Source: an uncultured bacterium | GTDB taxonomy: Bacteria > Bacillota_I > Bacilli_A > RFN20 > CAG-826 | Length of the DNA stretch: 64,000 nt | Reading direction: 5' to 3' | Assembly (NCBI GenBank): GCA_949299195.1 | Contig: CASFZN010000018.1 | Span: 262,129-326,128, forward strand | Part shown: piece by piece, positions 1-8,965 of the stretch | Layout of the letters: each line of letters begins with the position of its first letter | How positions within the stretch are numbered: position 1 is the stretch's first letter | Notes under the pieces: generated by a model | What the model was told of the DNA's origin: nothing | The model's database searches: none | What the model saw: the letters and a program-made list of their open reading frames with translations, nothing else | Made by a program: the position numbers and the translations under genes

Positions 1-136
1 TGTAGGAACATTAGCTAGAGATTTAGGATTATTAAAGAAGAATTATCATATCGATTCTATTGATTTTGTTGATATGTTTCCAAGAACTTTCCATATAGAA
101 ACCGTAGTTTCGATGTCCTTAATAAGAAAAGGATAA
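1..136 (+). CDS. rlmD: 3' end of 23S rRNA (uracil-5)-methyltransferase RlmD/TrmA family (partial, runs off window start)
   Basis: Frame 2 reads VGTLARDLGLL...FVDMFPRTFHIETVVSM, matching the TLARD and DMFPxTxHxE C-terminal motifs; stop TAA 134-136. Confidence 0.9.
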   Translation, partial: VGTLARDLGLLKKNYHIDSIDFVDMFPRTFHIETVVSMSLIRKG

Positions 137-155
137 GTTAAATATTAAGAGATAA

Positions 156-393
156 ATGTGTGTTTTATTTTCAATAGAATCTCTATGATTAAAGAAGGGA
201 AAATCCTAGTTTTCTCGCATAATTAGAGACAGGATATGTTGTTATTGAAAACCATCATCATTTTAAAGGCTACACTTTATTCCCTTGTAAAGAACATAAA
301 ACTGAATTATTTCAGTTAGATAATTCAATTAAAATAAAGTTTTTAGAAGAAATGAAATCAAGTTTGTTAAAAGAATTAAATAAATTACCATAA
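156..393 (+). pseudogene. Degraded HIT-family protein
   Basis: Fragments across frames: MC.., NRISMIKEG, NPSFLA*LETGYVVIENHHHFKGYTLFPCKEHKTELFQLD...KFLEEM. Two frameshifts, an in-frame TAA and no C-terminal HxHxH region. Confidence 0.75.
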
Positions 394-584
394 TACTTAT
401 TTCATTTTGTTGTTGGTAGGTTTCTGTGAATATATAAATTGATAAAGCTATAAGGAACTTTTGTTTTATCTTATAGTTAAAAATTGAGATTATCCTTTCT
501 AGATGCTTAAAAGAATAAAACCTGCCAAATTGTACGTTTTGAGGAATACAGATTCTAAAAACACGATAAACATCGTATAAATAA

Positions 585-600
585 GGTTCCACGTGGAAAC
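585..600. repeat. parS-like palindrome copy 1 (GGTTCCACGTGGAAAC, 1 mismatch)
   Basis: Seen directly; followed by T-run. Confidence 0.85.
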
Positions 601-780
601 TTTTTTTATAACCGAAATTTGCTATTTAATTACTGAAATTCTACTAACAATCAGTCTTTAAAAAATCGTTATCAAATTTGTAGACAAAGTTGTATTTATC
701 TTGTAAACTATGGCTAACATAATTAAATGAAAGACAAAATAAACCGTTTGGATTTATTTATGTTAATATTTTTCTCCTTT

Positions 781-803
781 AAACTGAGTAATATACTCAG
801 TTT
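781..803. promoter_or_regulatory. Inverted repeat, probable operator upstream of the oxidoreductase operon
   Basis: AAACTGAGTA-ATA-TACTCAGTTT, perfect 10-bp arms about 80 bp before ATG 882. Confidence 0.55.
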
Positions 804-881
804 TATTTTTGTGCATTTGTTTTATAATATATGTAATTCGATTTTGATTTTAAAATCATATAAAAAGGGGAAAAATAATTT

Positions 882-2939
882 ATGAAAAAAGAATATGAAT
901 CACTTTTTACTCCCTGGAAGATAGGCAATGTCACAATTAAAAACAGAATTGTAATGTGCCCAATGGGTGGAACCTCTCTTTTTGGATGGATGCAACCAAG
1001 CACTTTCAATAAAGTTGCTGCAGATTTATTCCTCGAAAGAGCTAAAAACGATGTAGGTTTAATTATTCCAGGAATTGCGCCGTTAAGAGATTCTATCGGA
1101 GGTAAATGGTTATATAAAAACAAGAAAGCTTTTGAAGAACTCGCAAAATATATGGAAGAATTCCATAAAACAGGCGCAAAAATGTTTGTCCAACTAACTG
1201 CAGGATTTGGTAGAAGTTATGCAATTAATAAGGAAGCTGCTTTATTGCTTAAATATAAAGCACTTGGAGCAATCGCTAAACCTATTTTAGATGTTTCCTA
1301 TTTAACTGCATCACCATCTGTTTTACCATCTAGATGGGATCCAGAACTTAAATGTCGTGAGATGACTAGAAAAGAAATAAACGAAATTGTTTTTGCTTAT
1401 GCAGAGACATCAAGAATGTTAAAAGAAGCAGGAGTTGATGGAGTTGAAGTTCACGCAGTTCATGAAGGTTATTTATTAGATCAATTCACTCTTAAATATA
1501 CAAACTTTAGAAAAGATGAATATGGCGGAAGTTTTGAAAATAGATATCGTTTCCCTGTTGAAGTTGTTCAAGCAATTAAAAAGGCATGCGGAGATGATTT
1601 CCCAGTTTCATTAAGATATTCCGTTATTTCTAAAACAAAAGGCTTTGAATATGGAGCATTACCTGGAGAAACTGACTATATTGAAGTTGGTAGAGATATG
1701 GAAGAATCCATTAAAGCTGCTAAATATTTAGAAGAAGCAGGGTATGACATGTTAAATGCTGATAATGGTACATATGACGCTTGGTATTGGGCTCATCCAC
1801 CAGTTTATATGCCATATAATTGTAACTTAGAAGATTGTGTAGAAATTAAAAAGCACGTAAAAATCCCTGTTGTTTGTGCAGGTAAAATGCAACTTGATGT
1901 TGCTTCTAGAGCAATTCAAGAAGGCAAGATTGATGCAATGGGTGTTGCAAGACAATTCTTAACTGATGGAGAATGGGTTAATAAAGTTATCAACGATAAA
2001 GAAGAAGATATCATGCCATGTATTCAATGTCATAACGGTTGTTTTGCTTTATGTAAATATAAAGGAGTTCCAAACACTCAATCCTTACATGAAGTTAAAC
2101 AAATGTCTCGATGTGCATTAAATCCAACCACAATGACTGGAGATAAATATAAATTAACTCCAGCAAAAGAAAAGAAACATGTTGTAATTATTGGTGGCGG
2201 AATCGGCGGAATGGAAGCTGCTAGAGTCGCTAAATTAAGAGGTCACGATGTAACAATCTATGAAAAAACCGATAGATTAGGTGGAGTTTTCAATGAAGCT
2301 GCTAATTTTGATTTCAAAGTTGAAGACAAAAAACTTATCGAATGGTATAAACGCCAAATGAAAAACTTAGAAATTGAAATTAAATATAACGAAGAAGTCA
2401 AAGACTTTAATTTATTAAGTTATGATGAATTAATTATTGCAACCGGTGCTAAAGAAAAGACCTTAAATATCCCAGGAATTGATAAAGCAATTAGCGCTTT
2501 AGATTATTTAAAAGATAAAGAAAAGGTTGGAAATAGAGTAGTTGTTATTGGTGGAGGCTTAACGGGATGCGAAATCGCTTATGATTTGCATTTAAAAGGT
2601 AAAACACCGGTAATTGTTGAAATGTTAAACGATTTAATGGCTGTTAAAGGTCTATGTTTAGCTAATTCATCATTCTTAAGAGACTATTTCAAAACTAATA
2701 GCGTTGAAGTCTATTTAGAATCAACAGTTCGCCAAATTAAAGAAGACGAATTAGTAGTTGTTGATAAAGCTGAACGACCAACAAACGTTAAATTTGATTC
2801 AATAATTTATGCAACAGGATATACTCCAAATCCATTAACAAAAGGAGCTAAAAATGTCCATGTTATCGGAGATTCTTATAAGGTAGGCAACTTAAAAGAT
2901 GTTATTTGGAGAGCATACGAAGTTGCAATGAATTTATAG
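882..2939 (+). CDS. Old-yellow-enzyme/FAD/[4Fe-4S] oxidoreductase, 2-enoate reductase-like
   Basis: KNRIVMCPM, EVHAVHEGYLLDQF, NxRxDEYGGSFENRYRF, CIQCHNGC...C cluster motif, two GxGxxG Rossmann motifs. Confidence 0.88.
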   Translation: MKKEYESLFTPWKIGNVTIKNRIVMCPMGGTSLFGWMQPSTFNKVAADLFLERAKNDVGLIIPGIAPLRDSIGGKWLYKNKKAFEELAKYMEEFHKTGAKMFVQLTAGFGRSYAINKEAALLLKYKALGAIAKPILDVSYLTASPSVLPSRWDPELKCREMTRKEINEIVFAYAETSRMLKEAGVDGVEVHAVHEGYLLDQFTLKYTNFRKDEYGGSFENRYRFPVEVVQAIKKACGDDFPVSLRYSVISKTKGFEYGALPGETDYIEVGRDMEESIKAAKYLEEAGYDMLNADNGTYDAWYWAHPPVYMPYNCNLEDCVEIKKHVKIPVVCAGKMQLDVASRAIQEGKIDAMGVARQFLTDGEWVNKVINDKEEDIMPCIQCHNGCFALCKYKGVPNTQSLHEVKQMSRCALNPTTMTGDKYKLTPAKEKKHVVIIGGGIGGMEAARVAKLRGHDVTIYEKTDRLGGVFNEAANFDFKVEDKKLIEWYKRQMKNLEIEIKYNEEVKDFNLLSYDELIIATGAKEKTLNIPGIDKAISALDYLKDKEKVGNRVVVIGGGLTGCEIAYDLHLKGKTPVIVEMLNDLMAVKGLCLANSSFLRDYFKTNSVEVYLESTVRQIKEDELVVVDKAERPTNVKFDSIIYATGYTPNPLTKGAKNVHVIGDSYKVGNLKDVIWRAYEVAMNL

Positions 2940-2963
2940 ATATTCTTTTGGGGGTAAAGGAAA

Positions 2964-4256
2964 ATGAGCGAATATAAAATGAGACTTACAAAAGAACAAC
3001 AAGAAATTTTAGAAGGCAAAAAAGGCGAAACCATGAAGAAAATGATGGAAACGCTTGTCCTTTTTGGAGAGATTTTTGATGCAGAAAGACTTGCAAAAGT
3101 TACTCATAACGAAGGACATTTAGTTACATCGTTTGGCATCCCATTATTAAAACCATTATTTAAAACAATGGAAGAGCTTAATAATGAAGGAATTAAAGCT
3201 CCTGGAGGATTTACTTGCGATCCTCGTCCATTAGATTATAAAAATGTTAAATGTAATTTATTGGAAAAAGCCGTATTTAATCTTGTTTTATACGGAAAAC
3301 AAAAAGAATACGAAGAACAACTTCTAAAAGCAGGACTTACCGACTTAGATTCTTTTTCTTGTACTTGTTACTTAAAAGAATGTGGGAATAGACCTAAAAA
3401 AGGAGACATCTTATCTTGGGCTGAAAGTAGTGCGGTTGTTTTTGCTAACTCAGTTTTAGGTGCAAGATGTAATAGAAATTCTGGAATGATTGATTTGTTT
3501 GGTTCAATTATTGGATATGTCCCAGAATTTGGCTTATTACTTGATGAAAATAGAAAAGCTGATTGGGTAATAGAAATTAAAACTAAAGAAATTCCTGAAG
3601 CTCAAATTTTAGGTTCTGCTATTGGAATGAAAGTCATGGAAGATGTTCCTTATATTAAAGGATTAGATAAATTCTTAGGAACTGAAATTGATGATGAAGT
3701 TGAAGCGTATTTAAAAGATATGGGTGCTGCTAGTGCTTCTAATGGTGCGGTTGGATTATTCCACGTTGAAAATTTAACACCTGAAGCAAAAGAACAAGGC
3801 GCATCTTTAATTAAAAAAGAAATTAAAGGTACCTATATAATCGACGATTATGAACTTGAAAGAGTTTATAAATCTTATCCAAATATGCGGAAGAAAAAAG
3901 ATGCAACTCCTGAAGTTTGTTTTATCGGTTGTCCACATTTAAATCTTTATCAACTTCGTAAATGGCATAAAGATATCTTAAGTAGTTTAGAAAAAAATAA
4001 GAAAACCAAGGTTAATTGCCAAGTTATTTTAACTGCTGCACCAAAGGTTGTTGAAGAATTTAAAACAAAGTATAAAACCGATTATGACAATCTTTATAAA
4101 GTAGGAGTTAAGATCTCATCTATTTGTCCACTTATGTACACCAATAATCCACTCGTACATAAAAAAGCAATTATCACTAATTCCAACAAGTTAAGAACTT
4201 ATTCAATGGCAAGATATTTTAAAGATCAAGATATCTTGGAATTAATCACAAAATAA
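2964..4256 (+). CDS. Aconitase X catalytic (large) subunit, DUF521
   Basis: MRLTKEQQEILEG N-terminus, SCTCY, WAESSAVVFANSVLGARCNR, FHVENLTPEA, IGCPHL, ICP, TNSNK. Confidence 0.88.
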   Translation: MSEYKMRLTKEQQEILEGKKGETMKKMMETLVLFGEIFDAERLAKVTHNEGHLVTSFGIPLLKPLFKTMEELNNEGIKAPGGFTCDPRPLDYKNVKCNLLEKAVFNLVLYGKQKEYEEQLLKAGLTDLDSFSCTCYLKECGNRPKKGDILSWAESSAVVFANSVLGARCNRNSGMIDLFGSIIGYVPEFGLLLDENRKADWVIEIKTKEIPEAQILGSAIGMKVMEDVPYIKGLDKFLGTEIDDEVEAYLKDMGAASASNGAVGLFHVENLTPEAKEQGASLIKKEIKGTYIIDDYELERVYKSYPNMRKKKDATPEVCFIGCPHLNLYQLRKWHKDILSSLEKNKKTKVNCQVILTAAPKVVEEFKTKYKTDYDNLYKVGVKISSICPLMYTNNPLVHKKAIITNSNKLRTYSMARYFKDQDILELITK

Positions 4257-4269
4257 GGAGGGGAAAGGA

Positions 4270-4722
4270 ATGAAAACATTTAAAGGTAGAGTTATCGCAA
4301 AAGGTAATTTCAAAGGCGAAGCTGCTGTTACTCATAGTGGATTTAATACTTTAGCATCCTTCCAAAAATCAGCGTTAATGAATAAGAAGAATGTTATTGT
4401 TAGTGATCAAAATAACAAAGAATTATTTAATAAGGATATTACTGGTAAAATCTTGTGTTTACCAATCACAATCGGTTCTACAACTGGTGGATTAGTTATT
4501 CAAACTGTTTGTGAAATGGGAATAAATCCAAAAGCGTTCTTATTTAGTGAATCGATTGATTCGCTCGCTGCTAGTGGAATTATATTAGCAAAAGTATGGC
4601 AAAATAGTGACGTTATTTGTATTGATAGACTTGGAAAAGAATTCCTAGACACCGTAAAAACTGGTGATACTTTAGAAATTCATGAAGATGGTACAGTAGA
4701 TATTTTACAAACTAATTATTAA
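4270..4722 (+). CDS. Aconitase X swivel (small) subunit, DUF126
   Basis: KGRVIAKG..GEA, GKILCLPxTxGSTTGG; directly downstream of DUF521. Confidence 0.88.
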   Translation: MKTFKGRVIAKGNFKGEAAVTHSGFNTLASFQKSALMNKKNVIVSDQNNKELFNKDITGKILCLPITIGSTTGGLVIQTVCEMGINPKAFLFSESIDSLAASGIILAKVWQNSDVICIDRLGKEFLDTVKTGDTLEIHEDGTVDILQTNY

Positions 4723-5383
4723 GATATTTATCGATATTTTCTATCATTTCATTAAGTGTTAAATAAACATTACTTAATGGATATCCATCTACAAATACAT
4801 GGGAAACGGTTATATTGAGGGTGACGAAATACTTGTCATCCTCTTTTCTATATTTATCCCAAAATACTCTTGGACAACTGCTTGATGTATGGTTATTACT
4901 AGGAGTTGGATGAGTCATTGAAACAATAGATAACGTTGGGATACACGATATATAAAAAACACCATAATCACCGTCATTATATGTAGTGTCAATATCGCTA
5001 CGTTGGCTATATTCATTTAAAGTTTTACGGCACTTTTTATTAAAATTTGAAAAGGAAAAACTTTCATTAAAATCGGTTCTAGCATTATAAAAGACTCCAT
5101 TTACTTTGCTCATTACAGTAAATGTAGGATGAATAACATCGTAATAATAAATTTCATCATCAATATCTCTATAATGAAATTCTTCTACCTTATTCATTGC
5201 TAAAGAAACTAAATAAATAAAGATGATAAAAAAGGAAATATTCTGTTTTTTCCCATAATTAACAACATTTGTAACATCAACATTCACATTAAAACCATAC
5301 GTTGGGTCACTAAACGTTTTGAAATAGAGATATTGACTTAATTTTTTATAATTTTTCTTATCGATTTTTTTCTTTAAATTCAT
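4712..5383 (-). CDS. CatA-like O-acetyltransferase (chloramphenicol acetyltransferase family)
   Basis: YFKTFSDPTY..VDVT, ISCIP, PRVFWDKY, catalytic HxxxDG (SHVFVDGY). Confidence 0.8.
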   Translation of the reverse strand: MNLKKKIDKKNYKKLSQYLYFKTFSDPTYGFNVNVDVTNVVNYGKKQNISFFIIFIYLVSLAMNKVEEFHYRDIDDEIYYYDVIHPTFTVMSKVNGVFYNARTDFNESFSFSNFNKKCRKTLNEYSQRSDIDTTYNDGDYGVFYISCIPTLSIVSMTHPTPSNNHTSSSCPRVFWDKYRKEDDKYFVTLNITVSHVFVDGYPLSNVYLTLNEMIENIDKYLNN

Positions 5384-5449
5384 GATAAATATTCTAAACT
5401 AATTAGACTATTTTTGATAGAATTACCTTATTGATTAAGGGTAAAAGTT

Positions 5450-7864
5450 ATGGATATTAAGGAAAATATTAAAAATTTATCTATTGAAGAGAAAATTTCT
5501 TTTCTTAGAGGAAAAGATAATTGGAGAACTCAACCAATAGAATCTTTAAAATTAAAAACAATCTATATGAGCGATGGACCTCATGGATTAAGAAAAGAAA
5601 AAACTTGTGAAAAATTAGAGGTTTTTAAAGAATCTCATGTAGCAATTTGTTATCCCCCAGCATGTTTAAGTGCATGTTCTTTCAATAAAGAATTACTCTA
5701 TAAAATGGGTGATTATTTAGGAAAAGAGTGTTTAAATCAACGAATTGATGTCCTTTTAGGACCTGGAATAAACATTAAAAGAAATCCATTGTGCGGAAGA
5801 AATTTTGAGTATTTCAGTGAAGATCCATATTTAACTGGTGAATTAGCAACCGCATATATTAAAGGAGTTCAATCAAATAATGTTGGCGTTTCTTTAAAGC
5901 ATTACTGCGTTAATTCTCAAGAATTAGATAGAGCTAGACTTAACGAAGTTGTTGATGAAAGAGCACTAAATGAAATTTATTTAGCAGCTTTTAAAAAAGC
6001 AGTAATTGAAGCAAAACCTGATTCAATCATGAGTTCTTATAATAAGGTTAATGGTGAATATGTTGGTGAATCAAAATATCTTTTAACCGATGTTCTTCGT
6101 AATAAATGGGGATTTGAAGGTTTTGTAGTAAGTGACTGGTGTGCAGTTAATGATGCAGTTAAAGCCCATAAAAATGGTTTAAATTTAGAGATGCCTTATG
6201 GCTGTAACTATAATTATCACGTTTTATATAAAGCCTATAAAAATAGAGAATTAAGCGAAAACGAAATTAATGAAATTGTAGAAAAAAATTATTATTGTTT
6301 CAAAAAATATGAAAATAACGAACCAGTAGATTTTGATTTTGATGAACATCATAATCTTGCAGTAGAAATCGCAAAAGATTCGATGGTTCTCCTTAAAAAT
6401 GAACATAACATATTACCTTTAAGAGAAGAAGAATCAGTTCTTTTTGTTGGAGAATTTGTTAATAGACCTCGCTATCAAGGCGCGGGAAGTAGCGTGGTTA
6501 ACCCTTATAAAGTTACAAATCTATTAAAAGAAGTTAAAAAGTATTCAAGCCATGTAACTTATTTAAGAGGTTATGATAGTTTTAGTGTTCCAAATTCCAA
6601 AAAACTTATTCAAGAAGTTTTAGACAATATTAAAGATAAGGATAAAGTAGTTGTGTTTTTAGGATTACCACCTGAAATTGAAGCTGAAGGTTTTGATAGA
6701 GAAAATGCCCTTTTACCACTTTCTCAACTTATGTTATTAAGAGAATTAAGTAAGGTAAGAGATGATTTAATTGTTGTTTTAGAAAATGGATCAGTTATTG
6801 AAATTGAAGAAGTTATTAGTCTATCTAAAGCAGTTTTAGAAGCTTATTTAGGTGGCGAGGGAATTAACGAAGCAATTCTTTCGATTCTTTATGGAAAAAC
6901 TAATCCTAGCGGAAGATTAGCGGAATCTTTCTTCAAAAAGCTCGATAAATCCTATATTTATAATTATTTAACAAATAATAGAATGGATAGCATTCATAAA
7001 GAATCTATCTTTGTTGGATATCGTTATTATGGTAGAAATCCTTCAAATTTGTTATTCCCATTCGGATATGGCTTATCTTATTCAGATGTTAGATATGAAA
7101 ACTTCAATATCGATAAAACTCAACTTGAAGTTGATGGAAAAGTTAAGATTTCCTTTGATTTAATTAACGATACAGACTATGTCCATAAAGAGGTTGTCCA
7201 AGTCTACGTTTTGAAATCTAACAAGATTGTTTTTAATGCTAAAAGAGAGCTTAAAAATTTTGAAAAGGTGAAAATTATGCCTCATTCTAGTTTCCACGTG
7301 GAAACTTTTGTCTCGTATGAAAACTTTAGTTACTATGATATAAACACCCACGAGTTCGAAGTTTTAGCAGATGATTATTGGATTGAAGTCTGTAAAGATA
7401 GTGAAACTCCTTTAGTTAATTTCCCAATCTATGTAGAGGGAAAAAATTTAAAATCTCCATATGAGGGGAAAGCTAAAAAGTACTATTTAAGTGATGTTTC
7501 AAATATTACTAATGAAGAATATTTAGAAATTCATCCAGATATTAAACTTGCTAATGAAAATGAAAAATATGTTCATGATGTAAACTCTTCAATTACTTTC
7601 GCAGCTTTTAAAGGTTCAAAGGGCGCAAAATTTGTTAAAAGAATTCTTTCGTCTATCCCTCAACTTAAAAAAGATAGATATTCACGCGAATATGTTTTAT
7701 CAAGTCCAGTTAGACAATTTAGATATTTCTCATATACTTATTTTAATGATGAAAATTGCGAACTCATTTTAAAGATATTAAATGATGATCATTATCTTAA
7801 AAATGTATGGAAATTAGCGATGAATCTCAATAAAATAAGAAAAGAAGAAAAGAAAAAATTATAA
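5450..7864 (+). CDS. GH3 beta-glucosidase
   Basis: SDGPHGLR, GRNFEYFSEDP, KHY, VVSDW nucleophile, PFGYGLSY, Fn3-like C-terminal domain. Confidence 0.92.
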   Translation: MDIKENIKNLSIEEKISFLRGKDNWRTQPIESLKLKTIYMSDGPHGLRKEKTCEKLEVFKESHVAICYPPACLSACSFNKELLYKMGDYLGKECLNQRIDVLLGPGINIKRNPLCGRNFEYFSEDPYLTGELATAYIKGVQSNNVGVSLKHYCVNSQELDRARLNEVVDERALNEIYLAAFKKAVIEAKPDSIMSSYNKVNGEYVGESKYLLTDVLRNKWGFEGFVVSDWCAVNDAVKAHKNGLNLEMPYGCNYNYHVLYKAYKNRELSENEINEIVEKNYYCFKKYENNEPVDFDFDEHHNLAVEIAKDSMVLLKNEHNILPLREEESVLFVGEFVNRPRYQGAGSSVVNPYKVTNLLKEVKKYSSHVTYLRGYDSFSVPNSKKLIQEVLDNIKDKDKVVVFLGLPPEIEAEGFDRENALLPLSQLMLLRELSKVRDDLIVVLENGSVIEIEEVISLSKAVLEAYLGGEGINEAILSILYGKTNPSGRLAESFFKKLDKSYIYNYLTNNRMDSIHKESIFVGYRYYGRNPSNLLFPFGYGLSYSDVRYENFNIDKTQLEVDGKVKISFDLINDTDYVHKEVVQVYVLKSNKIVFNAKRELKNFEKVKIMPHSSFHVETFVSYENFSYYDINTHEFEVLADDYWIEVCKDSETPLVNFPIYVEGKNLKSPYEGKAKKYYLSDVSNITNEEYLEIHPDIKLANENEKYVHDVNSSITFAAFKGSKGAKFVKRILSSIPQLKKDRYSREYVLSSPVRQFRYFSYTYFNDENCELILKILNDDHYLKNVWKLAMNLNKIRKEEKKKL
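7290..7305. repeat. parS-like palindrome copy 2 (inside GH3 CDS)
   Basis: GTTTCCACGTGGAAAC perfect; encodes SFHVET. Confidence 0.85.
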
Positions 7865-7889
7865 ATAATAAAAAGGATTTTTATATTTT

Positions 7890-8840
7890 ATGGAAAAGGT
7901 TTATTTAGGCGTTGATGTTGGTGGCATGTCCATTAAGGTAGGAGCAGTTAATGAAAATGGTGAAATTTTAATTAAAGATACTGTTAAAACTGATGGAGAA
8001 AATGTTGATAATTTTTTAAGCGATATGAAAAAGCTTCTCGAAAAAGTTATCAAAGAAGCAAAAGAAAAAGGATATGAAGTAGAAGGAATTGGTTTTGGAG
8101 TTCCAGGAGTTGTTAATAATAAAGAAGGAACCATCGATAAAATGGCTAATATTAAAGGAAAATATATTCCTTTAAGAGAATATCTCTCTTCCCTTAACCT
8201 TCCTATTAGAATTTCTAATGATGCTAATGTTGCAGCTTTAGCAGAACAAAAATTCGGTGCTGCAAAAGGTTATAATAACGTTATTTTATTAACCTTAGGA
8301 ACTGGGGTAGGTGGCGGAGTTATTGTTGATGGCAAACTCTTTGAAGGATATTTAGGAAAAGGAGCAGAACTTGGTCATGTCTGTTTAATTTATAACGGCC
8401 TTAAATGTGGATGTGGAAGAAATGGATGTTTAGAAGCTTATGCTTCAGCTTCAGCTTTATTAAGAGAAACAAAAGAAAAAATGGAAGCCCATAAGGATTC
8501 TGCAATGTGGGACTATTGTGATAATGATATCAATAAAGTAAGTGGCCTTACATCATTTGAATGTGCTAAAAAAGGGGATAAATATGCGATAGAAGTCGTA
8601 GATCAATACGTATCATATCTAGGAGAAGGATTATTAGATTTCTGCAATATCTTTAGACCAGAAGTAATTGTAATTGGAGGAGGAATCTCTAATCAAGGAG
8701 AATATTTATCTAATAAACTTCAATCGTATTTAGAAAAAAGAAATTATGGCTATGAAACCGCTCCTAGAAGTGAAGTTTTAATCGCTAAACTTAAAAATGA
8801 TGCTGGAATTATTGGAGCTGCATCGTTATTAATAAAATAA
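7890..8840 (+). CDS. ROK-family glucokinase
   Basis: GVDVGG, NDANVAALAE, TLGTGVGGG, ELGH, CGCGRNGCLE. Confidence 0.92.
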   Translation: MEKVYLGVDVGGMSIKVGAVNENGEILIKDTVKTDGENVDNFLSDMKKLLEKVIKEAKEKGYEVEGIGFGVPGVVNNKEGTIDKMANIKGKYIPLREYLSSLNLPIRISNDANVAALAEQKFGAAKGYNNVILLTLGTGVGGGVIVDGKLFEGYLGKGAELGHVCLIYNGLKCGCGRNGCLEAYASASALLRETKEKMEAHKDSAMWDYCDNDINKVSGLTSFECAKKGDKYAIEVVDQYVSYLGEGLLDFCNIFRPEVIVIGGGISNQGEYLSNKLQSYLEKRNYGYETAPRSEVLIAKLKNDAGIIGAASLLIK

Positions 8841-8911
8841 AACAAAATTAATATATTTTTAATTAGTTTTTACTACTTACTTATACTAGAATAGTAGTTA
8901 ATATTTATAAG

Positions 8912-8939
8912 GATATTTATAAAATATTTTATAAATATC
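8912..8939. promoter_or_regulatory. 28-bp perfect palindrome/terminator-like hairpin in pyrG leader
   Basis: GATATTTATAAAAT|ATTTTATAAATATC followed by T-rich tract, just upstream of the pyrG RBS. Confidence 0.45.
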
Positions 8940-8965
8940 TTTATTTTTTAAGAGGTTTAATTGAT

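Noticed and set aside
329..592. 87-aa minus-strand ORF
   Set aside because: No recognisable motif; overlaps the HIT pseudogene end and the palindrome; likely spurious
3756..3772. TTCCACGTTGAA resembling the parS-like palindrome
   Set aside because: Several mismatches; explained by the conserved AcnX peptide FHVEN
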